Assembly (NCBI RefSeq): GCF_000315625.1
Contig: NW_005434640.1
Location: forward strand, 380,270 to 444,269
Direction of reading: 5' to 3'
DNA: 64,000 bases
Source of the DNA: Guillardia theta CCMP2712
Taxonomy: Eukaryota > Protista > Cryptophyta
This document shows positions 45,903 through 58,649 of this stretch, in pieces. Each line of letters starts with the position of its first letter. The stretch's first letter is position 1. The notes under the pieces are model-generated. The model made no database searches and was not told where the DNA came from. It was given only the letters and a program-made list of their open reading frames with translations. Both the position numbers and the translations under genes were made by a program.

Positions 45903-46340
45903 TCACACATGCAGCACACCAAACTTCCTCGAGTTAACTGCAGCAGGAACTGTTTCTTCCTGGAGCCATCTTAGAGGGTAGTAACGGGTCTCAAGCTCCT
46001 TGCTCGACCGTATGACATGCGCGTGCTTGCGCACCGCAGGGTGCGGCTGCTCTCTATGGTACAACTTGTGGACCCAGTTGGACGAAGGATGAGGCCCTCC
46101 GATGTTGTCCGACCTGATCTCGTCGTTATGCGCTGCGTTCCACCTGTGCCCCAGTCCCTCCCGCTCCTTCTCTTCCTCCAGAAGCTTGTGGTCTCCGATC
46201 TCAGCTGTCTGCATGTCGTCTGCTTGCAGCAGGGTCTGTCTCCTTGCAAGAGTTCCCGACCTCGACATGGCTACTACATGGATCGCCGCCATGATCCCCA
46301 GCACCGCGGCCGCTACCGCTGGCCACCTCTTACCCCGCAT
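45903..46340 (-). CDS. Small hypothetical protein with N-terminal signal/anchor (145 aa, intronless)
   Basis: ATG-initiated ORF with a hydrophobic N-terminus WPAVAAAVLGIMAAIHVVAM and a His-rich hydrophilic remainder. Confidence 0.5.
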   Translation of the reverse strand: MRGKRWPAVAAAVLGIMAAIHVVAMSRSGTLARRQTLLQADDMQTAEIGDHKLLEEEKEREGLGHRWNAAHNDEIRSDNIGGPHPSSNWVHKLYHREQPHPAVRKHAHVIRSSKELETRYYPLRWLQEETVPAAVNSRKFGVLHV

Positions 46341-46490
46341 TGAAAGGTCAATTGAGCCTCATCCCCGCTCATGTTAATGTTGTGTACTGGTACCGGTACT
46401 CTGACCGGTACTTCACAATCTAGGATGTAGGGGTGGGTAGACTGAGTAAAGTCGGGGGTCTGATCACTAAAATGCTAGACAACTGAAGGG

Positions 46491-49013
46491 ATGGCTCGGG
46501 GCCATGGCGGAGGAGCAGAGGGAGGGAGGAGAAGAGAAGAGGGAGGGAGGAGAAGAGCGGAGGGAGGGAGGAGAGGTTCATTGGACTATCCAAGTTCGAC
46601 CTGCTCAAGTGCGTCGAGAACTACTCTCCTCTACCTCCTCTCCCTTGCACTCCTTCCCGGCTCGCAGGCATCGTTCTCCTTCGAACTCTCGCTCATGGCG
46701 GGGGGCATGAAGTGGTCATGCATGTCTAGCGTCACCATCGACCTCGAGCTGTCAGTGCCTCACCCAATGTGGGCGGACAGGAGGAGCACGTTGTCCCTGC
46801 GAGCAAGAGGTATGCCGACAGGAATGTATGCTTCACGGTGGACGGTGGAGAGAAGAGTGGATGATGCGAACGAGCTCAAGTATGAATCTCAAGAAATGTT
46901 GCGAGCCGACGACCTCCAGGAGCTCCATACCAACCTGACTGTGCCTGCTCTCCCCCACGGCCTGTATGCTGCATCCTTCTTGATCAGCAAAGGTGACGAG
47001 ATGCTGCTTCATTGTGACGTGGGCCCCTGGCGGGCAGTGCTCGATCCTTCAGTGGGGGTCTGCTGTAAGATGCCGAGCTACCGCAGAGAAGATCCGTGCG
47101 AGTCTCTGACGAGTTGGATGCAGTGCATGAAGCTTGAGAGGCTGCTCAGCTGCGAGGCTTTCCTGGAGCTGCATCGACATGGTCGCCTCCATGAGAGCCT
47201 GACTGCGTCTGGATTCTCCGACGTGCAAGCCGAGGGGATCCTGCAATGCTACAGGGAGACCCGCACGGGCCTTGTTTTCGCGCTGCTCGACCCCCCGCTG
47301 ATCCCGCTGACGTCAAGGGTTACATGTATCATGGAGTCGATCTCCAGAGCGAGAGCGAGCTTCGCACATGACTACCTTAGAGCCGCGCTCTTCCTCTCTG
47401 CGAACTTCACCCACCTGCTACAGGAGCCGTCGTTCCTCGCCCAGATACAAGAGCTGGATGTCGATGTGATCCAGACGTATCAAGATTTTCACAGCAAGGC
47501 ATCTTTCTTGCTCGATGCCATCCTTGAAAGCCCCTATGAGCAAACGATCTTGATCGAGAGCTGCCAAGTTTGCAGCCTTCAGACAGACTTGCTGTGGCTG
47601 CTCAGGTACAAGGATCTGCTCCTTCCTCCCATCGGATCATCAGTCGGTGATAAGAACCTGGACAGCTCCTGCTCAGCAGACGCACATGTTGATAAGGAAT
47701 CCTTGGTTTCCCAACTGATTGTGCTCAAGAAGTCTGCACCTGTGCAAGAACTTCTACGTCAACTATCGACCGACTTGTTGGAGAGGAGGGAGGAAGGCCC
47801 TTTATCATCGCTGCTGGGTGAGGTTGCCAGCAAACATAGCACTCTGAACATCGCCTGGTTGAATGCTGAGACACAATGTCATTCGCAACATTTCGCAAGC
47901 AGCGGCACTTCGGATCGCCCGCGGGAGGATGCAGGCAAGGAGGGCAAGGAGCCTAGCGCTCGATCCCGTCTGTGCGAGCTCTTGCTGGAGCTCCCGGCGA
48001 CGAGGGAGGAGCTACCGACTCTGTCCGCCATCCGGCTTACAACAGGGCGGGAGTGGGACTACTCTGAGTCCTCGCTCAACATGGCCATGAGAGTCTGCTA
48101 CCATCTCTTCCGAGTCGCCTTGAAGCAAGACCCTCCAACCTCGAGCTCCTCCGAAGCCATCGTGAGCGGCCTTGGGCCCGTTGACGATGCCAACGGCGCA
48201 CAACCTGCTGTGGATCCCGACAACATCTTCTGCTGGTTTGACATGCCCTTCCTCGCGCACCTGCTTTTGAATCGCCTGCTGTTCGCGAGAAGGGAGGGCA
48301 TGGACAGCCTCGTCTACCTCGCCAACCGGAGGGACTTCGGGAAGCGCAAGGGAAACTTCCTCAAGCTGCCGGCCATGAGGAAAGCGCTGGAGCTCTACGA
48401 CACGGCTGTCTGGGTGGACTTGGACGGCTACATGCCCTCGAGCGTCAGGAACCTGACCAGGCCTCGCTTCACTCAGCTCTTCCTCGCCCCAGAACAAGCG
48501 CTGGCCCTCAACGTTTGTCCTCAGCCGCCTCACTACCTCCTCTCGGGCTTCATGATCATGCGGTCTAACCGCTTCAACCAGGAACTGCTGTGGCGAGTCT
48601 CCTCCTACACGCAGGACGGCGAACTGCCTTGCGACCAGCAGGCGATACAGCACGTCCTCCTCGAGTACGCGAACGCGTCAGGGCGCCTGGCCTACGACCG
48701 GCGCTGCATCCTGCACTACGATGAGTTCTGCTACGCCAAGGTGCTGGCGGCGAACGGGATTCCAGAAGGAAGCTCTCCTCTCCCTCAAGTCTCCACCAGC
48801 CCCTTCTGTGGAGCTGCAGGCCAGACCTTGCAGCTAATGTGCGGCTGCAGCAGTCAAGAGTTCCCGTACCTGGACACGTGCCAGGAGCGGGAGACGATGC
48901 TGGTTCACTTCGGCAGGATGCGCTTCCGGTCACGGTTCTCTGAGCTCATGGACGACAACATCCAGAGACTCTTCGACCAGCCTCCCCTTGACTCCTCCCC
49001 TGCTGCTCGCTGA
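46491..49013 (+). CDS. Secretory-pathway glycosyltransferase, C-terminal GT34 (GMA12/MNN10)-like GT-A domain (840 aa, intronless)
   Basis: Signal/anchor TTLLYLLSLALLPGSQA; NFLKLPAMRKAL...AVWVDLDGY (DxD); LLSGFMIMRS; CDQQAIQHVL; MLVHF. Confidence 0.7.
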   Translation: MARGHGGGAEGGRRREEGGRRRAEGGRRGSLDYPSSTCSSASRTTLLYLLSLALLPGSQASFSFELSLMAGGMKWSCMSSVTIDLELSVPHPMWADRRSTLSLRARGMPTGMYASRWTVERRVDDANELKYESQEMLRADDLQELHTNLTVPALPHGLYAASFLISKGDEMLLHCDVGPWRAVLDPSVGVCCKMPSYRREDPCESLTSWMQCMKLERLLSCEAFLELHRHGRLHESLTASGFSDVQAEGILQCYRETRTGLVFALLDPPLIPLTSRVTCIMESISRARASFAHDYLRAALFLSANFTHLLQEPSFLAQIQELDVDVIQTYQDFHSKASFLLDAILESPYEQTILIESCQVCSLQTDLLWLLRYKDLLLPPIGSSVGDKNLDSSCSADAHVDKESLVSQLIVLKKSAPVQELLRQLSTDLLERREEGPLSSLLGEVASKHSTLNIAWLNAETQCHSQHFASSGTSDRPREDAGKEGKEPSARSRLCELLLELPATREELPTLSAIRLTTGREWDYSESSLNMAMRVCYHLFRVALKQDPPTSSSSEAIVSGLGPVDDANGAQPAVDPDNIFCWFDMPFLAHLLLNRLLFARREGMDSLVYLANRRDFGKRKGNFLKLPAMRKALELYDTAVWVDLDGYMPSSVRNLTRPRFTQLFLAPEQALALNVCPQPPHYLLSGFMIMRSNRFNQELLWRVSSYTQDGELPCDQQAIQHVLLEYANASGRLAYDRRCILHYDEFCYAKVLAANGIPEGSSPLPQVSTSPFCGAAGQTLQLMCGCSSQEFPYLDTCQERETMLVHFGRMRFRSRFSELMDDNIQRLFDQPPLDSSPAAR

Positions 49014-49958
49014 TGCTCCCAAGAGTGTGAGGCAGCCCTGAGTCAGGCTACCTCGAGCGCTCTCCCAGTGCGCCGCTTCCTATCGCCCTCTCGGTCTGTC
49101 CTCCAAAAGTCGGGGGGCCGAGTCCTGCGATGATCAAGTTTCATCTCATTGAGATTTACTTGTATCTCAGAAGTATGTCGAGCTAGGATTATCTTAGAGT
49201 CCAACTTCTAGTACACGTGCCACGGCAGTGCGGCCAGTAAAGGTGGCAGGCAGTGACTCACGGTGACAACAGGCCCGTCGACCATACCGTGCCGCTGGTT
49301 TTACTTGGGGCTGGCGTGCCCATAGAGGATCGCAAGTTCAAGTAAGTCCTTTTATCTAGTTCAATAGTACTCCCCGGGCTCACTTCCTTAACTAAGTAAG
49401 TTCCCGGTCCGAGCCCGGCCCGGCGGCCCTTTCAAAGAGTCCGGGCCGCGGGCGGCGCCCGGACTGACCGTTTGATGTCCCTCGTCCCCGCTCTGACCAT
49501 CGTTTTCCGCGCGAGCGCCATGCGGCGGGAAGGAGGAACCAGGTGAGGGAGGATGAGAAGAGACACCAATGGCCGCCTTCCTCCTTCGCACTTCTCATTC
49601 TCATCCCCATCCTCTCTGCTCCTCTCTTTCTTCCTCTCTCCTTTCTCCTCCTGTTCCCCTCTGTGCTCTTCTTTCATGAACATGCTCTCTCCCTGTGTCT
49701 TCTGCAATCTTCCGCCTATTGTTCGCCTCCTCTCTCTCCATGGCTCGTTGCACGACTCCTCTCTCTTCTCCTCTCTCATTTGTCTCGCCGCTTCCTTGCT
49801 TCCCTCATGTCTTACACACTGCCACCTTTTTCTTCGATTTATTCACAACTTGTCTTCCTTTGATTCGACGTTCTCACAAACCTTGTGTTTCCGCAGCTTT
49901 GTATGAATCATATCCTCCCCTGCAGTTTGTAAGGTAGAGAGGCTGAACATCTCGGAGA

Positions 49959-52900
49959 ATGGAGCAAGCTGTATCGTTGCTCCATGCCGCTAAGGCGGCG
50001 AATCTTTCCGAGAAGGTTTCCGCCCTCACTGTCCTCTTCAGGCTCTTTTGATACCTGTTCCTCTGAGCAGGAGTCAAAGTTCGACAATCTTCTTACCTAT
50101 GTTCGAGGAGTGCGAGCAGCGCCTGCGCTGTTTGAGGAGCTCCTTCCCCTTGTCCTGGAAATGCAGTCTGAAGGTTAGCCTTTCCCCCACGCCACAGGCG
50201 CACCCTGACCCGTTGCTGCTAGACAATCCCCATGTCCGGTCATTCGTCGTGCAGTTCATAGAGGAGAGCTGCAAGCGATTGCCACAGTGAGTTCATCCTG
50301 ATCCAGAGGTCGCCGTGATGGAGGTCGACAGGCTTCTTCCTCAAGCTGTCACGGCGCTACTCGAGTTTTCACGCAGTGAGGATGTCAATGTCTTGACCAA
50401 GGTAGAGCCTGCTGCCTTGACGATGTCAGTGCTTTCTGACCTTCTTTGCTCTCAGGCCATGAAAGCTGTAGCCGTGCTCTTTCGAAAGACGCTGGTTTTT
50501 GTCTGCAGGTTTGACCTCACGACTTGAATGTGGGCAAGCTGACTCGATCTCGCAAGCGAGGAGTATGAAGTTGACAACGAAGACGCGATCGCTACTTGGA
50601 ACTGCATCAAGGAATCATTCGCTGGCATGAGAGTGTGAGTGATGCCTCTTCCTGTCCTGTTAGTCAATGCACCTGAGTGGACCTCTCCGAATCCCCCCCT
50701 TTTTTTTTTACAAAGCTGATCAATTTTGATTTTGTCAGACACGTTTCCCACGCAAGCGCCAAAGTCAGGTGATTTCATATCTTTCAACCTCCATTTGAGC
50801 ACAGGAAACTGATTCGCTCTTATCCATGGCATGAGCAGGAACTCAACAGTGTTACTAATTCAGTGCATTGCAATCGCGTTGGGAGTTTCCGAACAAAACG
50901 ACAATCCTGACGTGAGTTTGTAGACTTAGAATGCATTCGAGTGGTGTGAGGGACTCAACAAATGACAGATACAAGGAGAGGATGAGAATGATGAGGAATC
51001 CTGGACTATTAATTGTATCCCTCCATGCCATCCCGTTCTTGATTTCGCGGAACTCAAGGCTCTGGGACAAGTAAGTCCTTGGCAGCGAAGGAAGAGACGT
51101 GACGAGGTTGCGCACAGGACTGTGTAAATCAACTTTTGAGTCTCCTAGACCCCAAAACATCTGTGAGAACTTGTCTGGTCAGCCATCTATGTGCCTTACT
51201 CTTTCGCAGACTCCCTTTCAAACTATGCTCTGTGCCATCAACTGCCTTGGGCGTATCGCACGCAATCAGCCAGTCTTCTTAGGAGAGATCGAGCCTGTCA
51301 GACCATCCAGCATTCTTTTGATCTCTTCCTGACTTCCTATCCAGGTTCTTTCCGCTGCGTGCCGGAACATCACAAACGTGGATGCTTGGCAGGTAGACGG
51401 GTGATGGTGTAGACCCATCATACTGATCCTGTTGTCTTTCCTCCAGCTTTCGAGCCTCAAGAGTACCGTCAAGTCAACCATGCTCGCGCTCCTCAAACTC
51501 CCTCGGTCAGACGTCGAGACTTGCTGGACGCACCCGGAACTGAAGGGAAGGTGGCAGATGCTCGGCTTACGCGGCTGTTCTCGTGGATCGGCTCATTTCT
51601 CTTGGGGCCTCCACTCAGGTTCTTCGCCGGCGTCTGCCATGTCTGCCATGGACGCGCTAAGCTGCATGTCAGGCTGAAGCAGCGCGACGAATCATGGAGA
51701 AAGAGAAGCAGAAGACGCGGCACTCGGCACCTGGGAGGTTGGTCGACTATCGGCATCTCATTCTCATTCACCGTCTGATTCACGCAGGAATGTTGTCAAG
51801 CGGCAGGCTGATCCCCGTCTGCAAGATGCCAGTGCAAACAAGCGAGCGAGGAATGCTCCAGGTGACTTGAATGTGAAGATCACTTGCGAATGACCGCGAC
51901 CTTAGCCCCTCTCATTGAGCTTGAGAGAATACCTCAAGGCAAACCCCCCGAAGAATGGCCGCCCGAGCTTGTGAGCCTCTTATCTCTTGGTCTCCTTGTC
52001 CTGACGTTGCTCATCGAACCTCAGGTCACCGAGCTTGTGCTGGCTGCGATGGTCCTGCGCTCCTCCTCCTGTGCCAGTCTTGTCTCATCCTTGGCAGGTT
52101 AACTTCCCTCCTGCTCTGCCGCCTCACCTGATCGACGTTGCCGACACTCCCCTGGGGTGACGCGAGATAAGCCCCCCCCTTTGAGACTCACGCGAGTTGC
52201 AGCATGTGGCCAGAGCGGTTGGCGTTTCCCGGTGCTCATGCGAAGCCGATGAACGAGGCGTCGCGGGTGAGAAGGCGGTAAGCGAGGCGATGAGGCTGAC
52301 GTGGTGCAGGATGCGGAGGCTGCGGAGGATGCAAGCGCAGCGAGCGTGTCGAGCATCCGGTCGAAGGCGCTGCAGAGGTTGAGCTGTCGCCTGCCGAGGC
52401 CTCGCGTGACCGCCTGGTGCAGCGCTCGACCGCTCAAGAAGGAGACGATCCAGCAGCTGATGCAGGAAGCCGTCCTCCGAGTCCTTCACGGGTACTGGGC
52501 TGACTTGCTGCCGACGCCTCTCATTCAAGTCTGTTCAGGGAGTCAGCGGCGTGGAGCATAAGAAACAGTTGGCTTGCTCGCCTGACCTCTCTCGTGTCTC
52601 ACGGTCGTGGATGGCAGATGTTCTCGCGAAGCTGATCGCTATGGGGGACGTTTGCGAGGTGCTGGCACTGACTCACTGCCTTCGCATCCTGCCTGATCGA
52701 CCGTTGCAGGGGCTCGAAGAAGAAATCGTCAAGTACCTCTTAGCGGCGTATGCAGGCAGCTCAAGCAGCTCCTGCTTGCTCTCGCGCTGACTCCTACGGG
52801 GACAGAACGGCACGAGCTCGCAATCCAGATCTTACATGAAGTTTACTTGTCGGATAGCGCATCTGTGATTGAGGCAAGAAGATGGAGAGAGCAGGGAGGG

Positions 52901-55621
52901 TGAAGGAGAAGGAAGAGGGGATGGAGGATGGGGCAGGGAGGGTGCCGGATGTCATGGACCTCACAACCTGTGCAGCAGAAGGGTCCGCGAGAGCGATACT
53001 GGAAGCTGCTGCACGCCGTCATCGAGGGTCTGCTGAATCACAGCGATGGAGCGAACGCTCAGGGAGCGGGGGAGACTCGCTTCCTGACCAAGTTGCTCGC
53101 TGAAGTTCCGGCGGTGGGGCCCTTGAGGAGGTGCTGCGATCAGGCTGACGAGCCGGCAGATCCAAGAGCAGACGATGAGCATCGTGAGCGCCCTCTGCGA
53201 CAACGACAACGTCAAACTCAGACAGGTCCACCAAGTCCCGCCGGCTTGTTCAGCTGACGCCTTGTAGGTCGGACTCTCCTGCCTCAGAGCTCTGATCATC
53301 AACAGACCAGCGTGTAGGAGGGAGTGCCTGCAAAAACTCTTGGGTGAGGCCTCGGACTGAGACCTCCGTCTCTTGACGCTTGTTGCAGCATACACTATAT
53401 GGGAGGATGATAGCTTCCGATCCACAGCCATTCGGTCTTCCTTGCCCCCCCCACATCACTTCCGCCCCTTCAGGCTTCTCCCTCTCCCTCTCCCTCTCCC
53501 TCTCCCTCTCCCTCTCCCTCTCCCTCTCCCTCTTTCCCCCCTTCTCCTCTTCCTCCTTCATCTCTTTTCTTTTGCATTGTTATTCTTGTCTCGTCTCACA
53601 CTTCGTTTGCAGTCTTATCGCCAACAAACTTTTTAGCGTCTCCTTTCTCACGGCAGACATTCAGAGCTTCGCCGTCGCGAACATGCGGAAGGCGTGCAAG
53701 GCGAGCGCGACGATCGGGGCGGGCGAGGAGTGACGAGGCATGCAGATCGATGAGGGCGAAGACGTGGCGATGAAGGAAGCTAACGGGGCAGGGGAAGGAG
53801 ACGAGTCGAAAGCCGCCATTCACCGTCACCTTCTCCACTTGTTCCTTGCTCTCTGTGCTCAGGTAGATGAGCAGGAGAGAAGAGAAGAGAAGAGAAGGGG
53901 AGGGAAGAGGAGGGGAAGAGAGGAGAGGAGCGAGACTCTTGTGACAAGCTGGCAGAATCACGAACTCCTACACGACCTCATTGACACCTACGTCAAGGTT
54001 GGACCCTCCTCCCTCCTCCTCTCTTCCTTTTTCTTCTTCTCTCTTCCTCCTCCTCCTCCTCCTCCTCCTCCTCCTCCCCGGTGCCGCTTGTGCTCAGTCA
54101 CACGCGCCAGGCGACGAGTGCAGTCAGGACAGCCGTGCAGGGGTGCGTCGGAGACATGATCAAGGTTTGCCTGCCCTCTCCTCCTCGCGTGTGACTTGTG
54201 ACGTGGCTTCGAAGGCGATCGGGCCGGAGTCTCCTGTCCTCCTGCAAGGTGAAGCAGCGGGCGTGAAGTCTCCTGGTGCTGACCCTTGTTTCAGTCATCA
54301 GCAACTTCCCTCCCGGCGCTGAGATCCTCATGCTCGCCTTCGTGCGGACGCTGACAGACGTGAAGTGAGCGGGTGGGACGTGAATGAGCTGAGAGCCTGG
54401 CAGGGGGGTAACGTGGGGCAGCACACCAAGCTGATTGAATCAGTCAAGACCTTGTACTCACGAACAGGGTGAAACTGCCTCCTCCTCCTCCTCCTCCTCC
54501 TCCTCCTCCTTGCGTCCTTTTCCTTTTCCTTTTTATTTCTCTTTCCCTTTCCCCGCTCTCCGTGTACTCGATTTCGATTCACGAGTCTCGTACCTCCAGG
54601 GATGCTCGGTTCATGATCTACATCTGGCAAGCTCTCTCTCGCAATGAGATCGAGTCACTTCTTCCCAAGATCGTATCTCTTCCTCAGGTCCTCCTCCTCC
54701 TCCTCCTCCTCCTCCTCCTCCTCCTCCTCCTCCTTCTCCTCGCCTCCTCCTCTGTCATGTGTTGATTCTCATAAGCTCTGGTGTTAACAAAGCTGGCNNN
54801 NNNNNNNNNNNNNNNNNNNNNNNNNNNNNNNNNNNNNNNNNNNNNNNNNNNNNNNNNNNNNNNNNNNNNNNNNNNNNNNNNNNNNNNNNNNNNNNNNCGA
54901 AGGATACAAGGAAAACGACGTTGGGAGTTTTTTTTATGGTGTTCGCAGGCATCTGTTTGTGACCTTGTCTTTCGAGGCGCAATTTTTACGTACATGGTTA
55001 CAGTTCTGCATAACTATGTTAGCCAAGAATTCAAGCAAAATAGGAAGCCATTCTGGGAGCGACTATGAAAGATTCATCTTGTTCTTTGCCTAATGTCAAA
55101 CGTACAGGCCCCTCCTTTCCGGCGAGTCCTTCATACTCCCTCCCTTCCCCCCTCCCCCCCTCTTCCTCTCACTCTCCTCCCGCTAGGTGATGGGCATTCT
55201 CTCTCGCCTCATCTCCAAGCAAGTGTGGACGATGCCGACGCTCTGGGAGGGCTTCGTCAAGTGCTGCCGCCAGACGCTTCCTCGTTCCCTCCCGGTCCTC
55301 GTGCAGCTTCCTCCTCAACAGGTCCCATGCTCCTCCTCCCCTCGCTCTCTGACTCTTCTCTTCCTCTCTCCAGCTCGTCAAGGCTGTTCAGGCATGCAAA
55401 GACCTCGGCCCACCCATGGCACAGGTATTTCCTCCTCCTCCTCCTGAGCCCTTGACGTTTTTTTTCAGCACGTGCAGGAGCGACTAGCGAAGGGTTACCC
55501 GGTCCCTCAGCAGATCCTGACGCTGCTCGAGCCCTGGCTGGGGTCACGAGGCTACAAGCAGGAGGAGGGACGGGAGAAGGAGCGTGCGACGGACGAGATG
55601 CAGGAAGATGCGGACAGATGA
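49959..55621 (+). CDS. SYMPK: Symplekin (pre-mRNA 3'-end processing scaffold; PTA1/ESP4 family), >25 exons, spans gap 54798-54897
   Basis: N-terminal HEAT region [45 protein letters not shown]. Symplekin C domain [45 protein letters not shown]. Confidence 0.9.
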
Positions 55622-55869
55622 GGGAGGAGGGAGCTGCTCTTGTCCTTCTCCTGTTGCTCTCAGCCCCTCGAGCTGCAGATTATCGTCTCCTGCCTTCTCT
55701 TGTATTCTTTCCGAATGAATCGCCTCAGCCTTCCTCTCATCTTGTCACCTTCCTCGTTCTCCCCCATCTCTCTCTCTCTCTCTCTCTCCTCCTCCTTCTC
55801 CTCCTCCTCCTCCTCTCCTTCGCCCTTCCCTTCTGCTCGTTCCTGCGCCTTCTACTACGATCTGCCAGG

Positions 55870-56028
55870 CGGTTCAACTCGCAGGAGGGGTACATGCAGC
55901 CTTGTTTCTCGCGCTTTTGAGGGGTGGGGTCTTTTTGCTGGGAGGGCCGCCGGTTCAACTCGCAGGAGGGGTACATGCAGCCTTGTTTCTCGAGCTTTTG
56001 AGGGGTGGGGTCTTTTGCTGGGAGGGCC
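55870..56028. repeat. 81-bp tandem duplication (2 near-identical copies), intergenic
   Basis: cggttcaactcgcaggaggggtacatgcagccttg...gggagggcc starts at 55870 and again at 55951. Confidence 0.9.
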
Positions 56029-56112
56029 TTCAGCTAGGAGTTTCCGCCTGTTGCCCTTCCGACCTTCGCCCTCCTCACGGCAGCCGGGCTGAAGTCGCTG
56101 CCCCTCCTCTAC

Positions 56113-56328
56113 CTCTCCTCTACTCTACTCTACTCTCCCCTCCCTTCCCCTACTCTACTCTACTCTACTCTTCTCTCCTCTCCTCTACTCTCCTCTCCTC
56201 TCCTCTCCTCTCCTCTCCTCTCCTCTCCTCTCCTCTCCTCTCCTCTCCTCTCCTCTCCTCTACTCTACTCTACTCTACTCTACTCTACTCTACTCTACTC
56301 TACTCTACTCTACTCTACTCTACTCTCC
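56113..56328. repeat. Compound (CTACT)n/(CTCCT)n pentamer microsatellite
   Basis: Direct reading. Confidence 0.9.
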
Positions 56329-56474
56329 TTCCCTGCCCCTCCTTGCTCCTCCTCTGAGTCTCCCTCTCGTCCCTCCCCTCCCTTCGCCTGGTTATTTTGT
56401 AGCTTCCGAGGCTGATCAGTCTCTTCCTTTGCCTGCCTCGTTCGGCGTGACTCAGTGAGTCGCTTCGTACTGCA

Positions 56475-57574
56475 ATGCGTTGCGATCTCTCTTTCCCCGT
56501 CCTTTTCCTCCTTTCTTGTGGCTTCTCCTCCTTGTCTACTGCCTTCTCAGGCCCCTGGCACATGGTATGCAGGTTGTCCTGGCAGGAAGGCATGTTTTCA
56601 ACTTCTCCGGATTCTTCAACCCAGCTTTGGTGTTCTCGTTCCAGCAGCCTGGCGTGCTGTATGAATCGAGATCTAATGATGGTACTGCCGTGACCTTACG
56701 AGACAACACTGGGATCCTTGAGACTTACCTACAGTCATACCCCCGCACTGGATCATCGAATGACTTCCAGTATGCTTATGTTCCATCCTTCAGGTGCTCG
56801 GCGCCTTACACGTACTACACCTGCCTCAATGCCAACTACGACTCGACCGCCAGCTGGCAGCTCGTTTACTCCGACGTGCTCAACAAAGACTACAGCATCG
56901 ACTTTTCCAACACCTCCTTGCAGTACAGCTTCCAGACCCCCCAGCTGTGCGAGTGGCGGACAGGAGCAGTAGACGCGTCGGTGAGCAGAGGAGTGTACGA
57001 CGGAGTGAGGTCGAGCAGGGTGGAGGAGATCATCGCGGCGCTGCAATCAGCTAGCAAGAGCTACACTTTCTACAACAGCTCAGAGACAGGTTGGACAACC
57101 TATGCGATTGCGGTAAAGGGATCAGGGACGGTACCTTGCTTCGACTGCGCGTGTAGGGAAGCAATGTCAGTAGTCCCTGCCGGTGACAACGGGAGGTGCT
57201 CGATGCAGATGTGCAACGTGAGCGGGTGCGCGCGGAGCTTGGCAGATACACCGGTGCCGTCATGTGCGATGGACAAGGTCAACCTGCCAGGGATGGCGGT
57301 GGGGAGTGGGGGAGCCAGCTACCAGGGAACCACTTGGAGCTGGCAAGGAGTGTGGAAGTCCCCTGGAAGCCCTCCGAATCCATCAGGACTGACAGCAGGG
57401 AGCTCCCGAGTTCACCGAAGCCACAGGCTGCTGATACTAGCAGCCTGTGTCAGCGCAGCCTTTACAGGCTTTGACGTATGCGAGTCAATGCGTTCAACGC
57501 TGTGCGGCGTGATCGGACTGGCAGCCGCTGCCAGTGCTGAGCCGGGATCACGGACTCACAGAACTACCCGGTGA
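56475..57574 (+). CDS. Secreted/surface Cys-rich glycoprotein, possible C-terminal anchor
   Basis: ATG 56475 encodes the signal-like MRCDLSFPVLFLLSCGFSSLSTA. An inferred intron ~56565-56643 joins it to a long frame rich in Cys/Ser/Thr/Tyr and NxS/T sites, with a hydrophobic C-terminal segment LLILAACVSAAF. Confidence 0.55.
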
Positions 57575-58591
57575 CCCTCAACCTCCGCCGGCAATCATTG
57601 ATGATGATGATGAACTCTTGTACTGTCATCGTAATAGAATCGGATCAGTACTCTACATCGGCCGCCGTGATCATCGCCCTCAGTCACGTCCCCCGGGCCC
57701 CGTCCTCCGCGGGGGCCCGAGTACCGTACGGTCGGACCCGGTTGGACTGAGTCTCAGTGAGGACTCCGGGACGGGGGCCGTCATGGGGCCCTCAGGCGCG
57801 GCGGACTCGGGAGGTGGCTGCGGCGGCAGAAATCATCATCGCCCGCTGGCACCTCAGTTTTACTCAAAGTTAAGTTAAAGATCAGTACGAGGACAATCAG
57901 GAGAGTCGACTCAGGCTGGCCCGGCAACTTGAGTTTCACTGAGTTCATGCCGTCAGGCCCGGGCCGCCCGGCCGGCCCCTCATTCCGACCCCTGCTGTGC
58001 CCTCCCTCCCTCTATATCACTCTTATATCTGGTTGAACCAGGGAAAAGGTTCATAATTCTTTGATGCTTCAACTCGTAAGCTATTTAATATCTGAAATGT
58101 ATGGTACTTCACATCTGAAAGACGTTTCTTGAAGTTCATCTTGTGTAGCGCCGCCACCGGGTGAACAGATCTCTACAAAGGTGCATTCGTTACAATTCCA
58201 TCAGCCACATATTCGTTGCCTCCAACAATTACTTTGTTTGGGTCCCGCGCACATCTACTGTGGTCATTTATTACCCCCCTNNNNNNNNNNNNNNNNNNNN
58301 NNNNNNNNNNNNNNNNNNNNNNNNNNNNNNNNNNNNNNNNNNNNNNNNNNNNNNNNNNNNNNNNNNNNNNNNNNNNNNNNGGCCCCTCCACTTCCGACCC
58401 CTCGCCTCGTCGCCCTCCCTCCCCTCCCTCCCCTCCCTCCCTCCCTCCCTCCCTCCCTCCCTCCTCCCTCCTCCCTCCCCTCCCTCCTCCCTCCCCTCCT
58501 CTCCCTCTCCCCTCCCTCTCCCCTCCTCCTCCTCCCGTCCCTCATACCCTCTTCCCACGCCTCCTCTGTCTTCCGGCTCGCTCCTACAACA

Positions 58592-58618
58592 ATGTCGTCG
58601 CCTCTCGGGGTATTCATG

Positions 58619-58649
<31 letters not shown>

